From Ylistrum balloti (Eukaryota): DNA of 64,000 nt. The position numbers were made by a program, and so were the translations under genes. Below are positions 61,586-64,000 of the stretch, in pieces. The notes beneath the pieces were generated by a model. That model worked only from the letters and a program-made list of their open reading frames with translations, ran no database searches and was not told where the DNA came from. The DNA lies in assembly GCF_031769215.1 (NCBI RefSeq), contig NW_026782340.1:248001-312000 (forward strand), read 5' to 3'. How positions within the stretch are numbered: position 1 is the stretch's first letter; each line of letters opens with the position of its first letter.

Positions 61586-64000
61586 CCACCATAATCATCA
61601 TCATCATCATCATCATCATCATTATCTTCTTCATTATAAACATTACCTCATCATCATTATCCTCCTCATTATAAACATTACCTCCTCATCATAATCATCA
61701 GTCATCATGATCTCAATCAAGTAATCATGTCAATACATTCTTCATCATTGTCATATTCAATATGCCTTTGTCACCACCTTCATGTCAATAGATTCATCCT
61801 CAGCATTCATTATCACATATGCACCTCATCATCAACCTAACTATCAACACAATTTGTCATTATAACTTGAAATCCATCCATACATCATCGCCTGGCATTT
61901 TCATCAACACCCTTACTAACATCACAACACTACCCTTACACACCCACTCCTACACATACATCAATACTACACNNNNNNNNNNNNNNNNNNNNNNNNNNNN
62001 NNNNNNNNNNNNNNNNNNNNNNNNNNNNNNNNNNNNNNNNNNNNNNNNNNNNNNNNNNNNNNNNNNNNNNNNNNNNNNNNNNNNNNNNNNNNNNNNNNNN
62101 ATTGCAATAATCAGTGAAACAATAGGGACTCGAGTATAAAGAAAAATACCTGGTAAATAAATAAATAAATAAATAAATACTATAAGGGTAAGCAAGGGGC
62201 CTGCTATACTGTAAAGACAGAGAATACTAAAATACGGTAAAACATACTACATGACAGTAAATGTATTTAAAGTTAAGAATTGGCCAATTCCAATAATTTT
62301 CTCCATTTTCTCCATTCCTCATTAAAACTTAACTGTGCCTGTTCACCTTTACTATTGGCAATATATTTCTGAAAGGTATAAAATTCCCTGACTGAATAAA
62401 TAAGACTATATACACTTAAGGCTTTGTGTTGACATCTTGCCTTATATATGTAATATTTAATGATAATTAAGATTTCATTGTCAAGTTTGCTACTGATTAA
62501 CTGATTTTTATTAGCAATGAAACCAAACAGAAAACTTATTTTATTGAAGGAAAATGGAATAAAAAGAGCCTCCAGCAAAACTTCTACACTTTCTAAAAAA
62601 ATTTGAACTTCTGGACATTCCCACATAATATGAATAATTGTCTCCTTTTCTAAGTTACATAATGTACAGTGTGGGTTATTCAGTAGTCGAATTTTAAACA
62701 TGTATAAATTTGTTGTTAAGATGTGTTGAACCACTCTGTACTGAAACCATTGAAGTTTTGTATTTTTTGTTGCACGAAAACAATTTTTATAAATATCCCT
62801 CCAATTTAGAACATCAAATTCTAATATTTCTTCCCATCTTTTCCTCCCAGTAGAAATTATATCGTTTTTTACTAAAAGATTATATATATCTTTTGACCCA
62901 TTTCCTTTTTTTTTTTTTACAAAACACTCAATACTACTTGGAATGGTTGGAAAAACTTGAGAGGTACATGTTCTTACAAAGTCAGATCTAGCTAAATATG
63001 ACTTAACCACAGAGACTACACCATGGTATTCAAGGAAATTTGAATTTACATTATAAATTTGCTTAAAATCTTGAAAAGTGTAGAAAGTGCCAGTAGAAAA
63101 ATCTTTGAATAAATCATTAACTATCATCACTCCCTTATCATACCATGTCTTGTAGAATATACTTGTCTTCCCTATCAACAAATCTTTATTATACCATAAA
63201 GGAGTTTTCCAAATATTTTTCTTAACATATTCTACCCCCACCCTTTCACTGAACCTCAACAGGGATTTGAAAACATCACTCCAGAAATTATTTCTACAGA
63301 TATTACAACATTTCTGAATGTAATCACTTCCACAGGAAGATAGCATATGTAGGTCAATATATGTTTGAAGAATTGCTTGCCATTTAGCAGATTTCTGGTG
63401 TAATCTTCTAATCCAGCCTAATTTCAGACTATCTATAAACAACTTTATATCTACCATTTTAAGTCCACCGTTATCAAAATTCTGGGTAACAATATCTCTC
63501 TTTACCTTGTCAGTTTTACTGTTCCATAAAAAGCTAAAAAGGATGGAATTGAGCTTATTCAAGAACTGGTTGTCTGGGTTTGGCAAAGACATAAATAAAT
63601 GGTTAAACTGTGATATCATCAAGATATAATAAGATGAATTTCCCAATTGGAGTCAGTGATCTCCTATTCCACATCTTAATGATAGATTTCAATTTAATAA
63701 ATTTTTTATCATAGTTTAATTTTGGAATTTCATGAAGATTGACACTGAATTCAATTCCAAGAAGCGTGAATTTGACCTTTCCCCACTGTAATTTCAAGTC
63801 AGGTAACAAAGTATCTTCACTATATTTTTTACTTCCTATCCAGATCACTTGTGTTTTGTCAATATTTAGATTCAAACCAGAGAATTTTGCGAAAGCATTC
63901 AATTCTAAAATAGATTCTTTTAATGATATTTCAGAGCCATCTAATATAAGAGAGGTGTCGTCTGCATATTGTGAGATAAGAATTGGAATATTACTGATGT
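61406..64000 (-). mobile_element. L1/Tx1-clade LINE 3' portion, running off the window
   Basis: YADD at 63968-63957; SGLNLNIDKT, LLGI, SLTPIGK, zf-RVT-like CTLC...ETIIH..WEC; one frameshift near 63640; stop at 62273; long 3'UTR with a (GAT)n tract and a poly(A) tail at 61406-61433. Confidence 0.92.

Noticed and set aside
61446-61694. Second poly-histidine ORF
   Set aside because: Antisense reading of the (GAT)n tract in the L1/Tx1 3'UTR.

Overview
AT-rich animal genomic DNA with spliceosomal GT-AG introns, probably from a mollusc such as a bivalve (inferred from repeat and gene-family style, not proven). Two convergent multi-exon genes dominate. (1) On + is the 3' part of an SLC6 sodium:neurotransmitter symporter gene: 11 exons at 237-12868, about 512 aa covering TM3 to the C-terminus, with the first exons outside the window. 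Its substrate and ion sites look rewired: the invariant TM3 Tyr is Ser, TM7 reads DxxxA, TM6 has a GlyT-like Trp and TM8 reads DSE. (2) On - is a sacsin-like gene: 7 coding exons at 33524-52916, about 4,420 aa if one base is removed. It has three Hsp90-like sacsin repeats, a J domain (HPD) and a HEPN domain, no N-terminal ubiquitin-like domain, three tiny uORFs, and a single 1-bp frameshift in an A7 run of its 10.9-kb exon. The rest is repeats: a decayed CR1/L2-group LINE, a young L1/Tx1-type LINE running off the right end, a Tc1 relic, a Crypton-type tyrosine recombinase relic with a 150-bp hairpin, a solo LTR, several MITEs and SINEs, a 3.4-kb ~98-bp satellite with higher-order structure, and an orphan sulfotransferase pseudo-exon. 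No CRISPR arrays, rRNA or genuine tRNA genes were seen. All alignments were done by eye; no database search was run.
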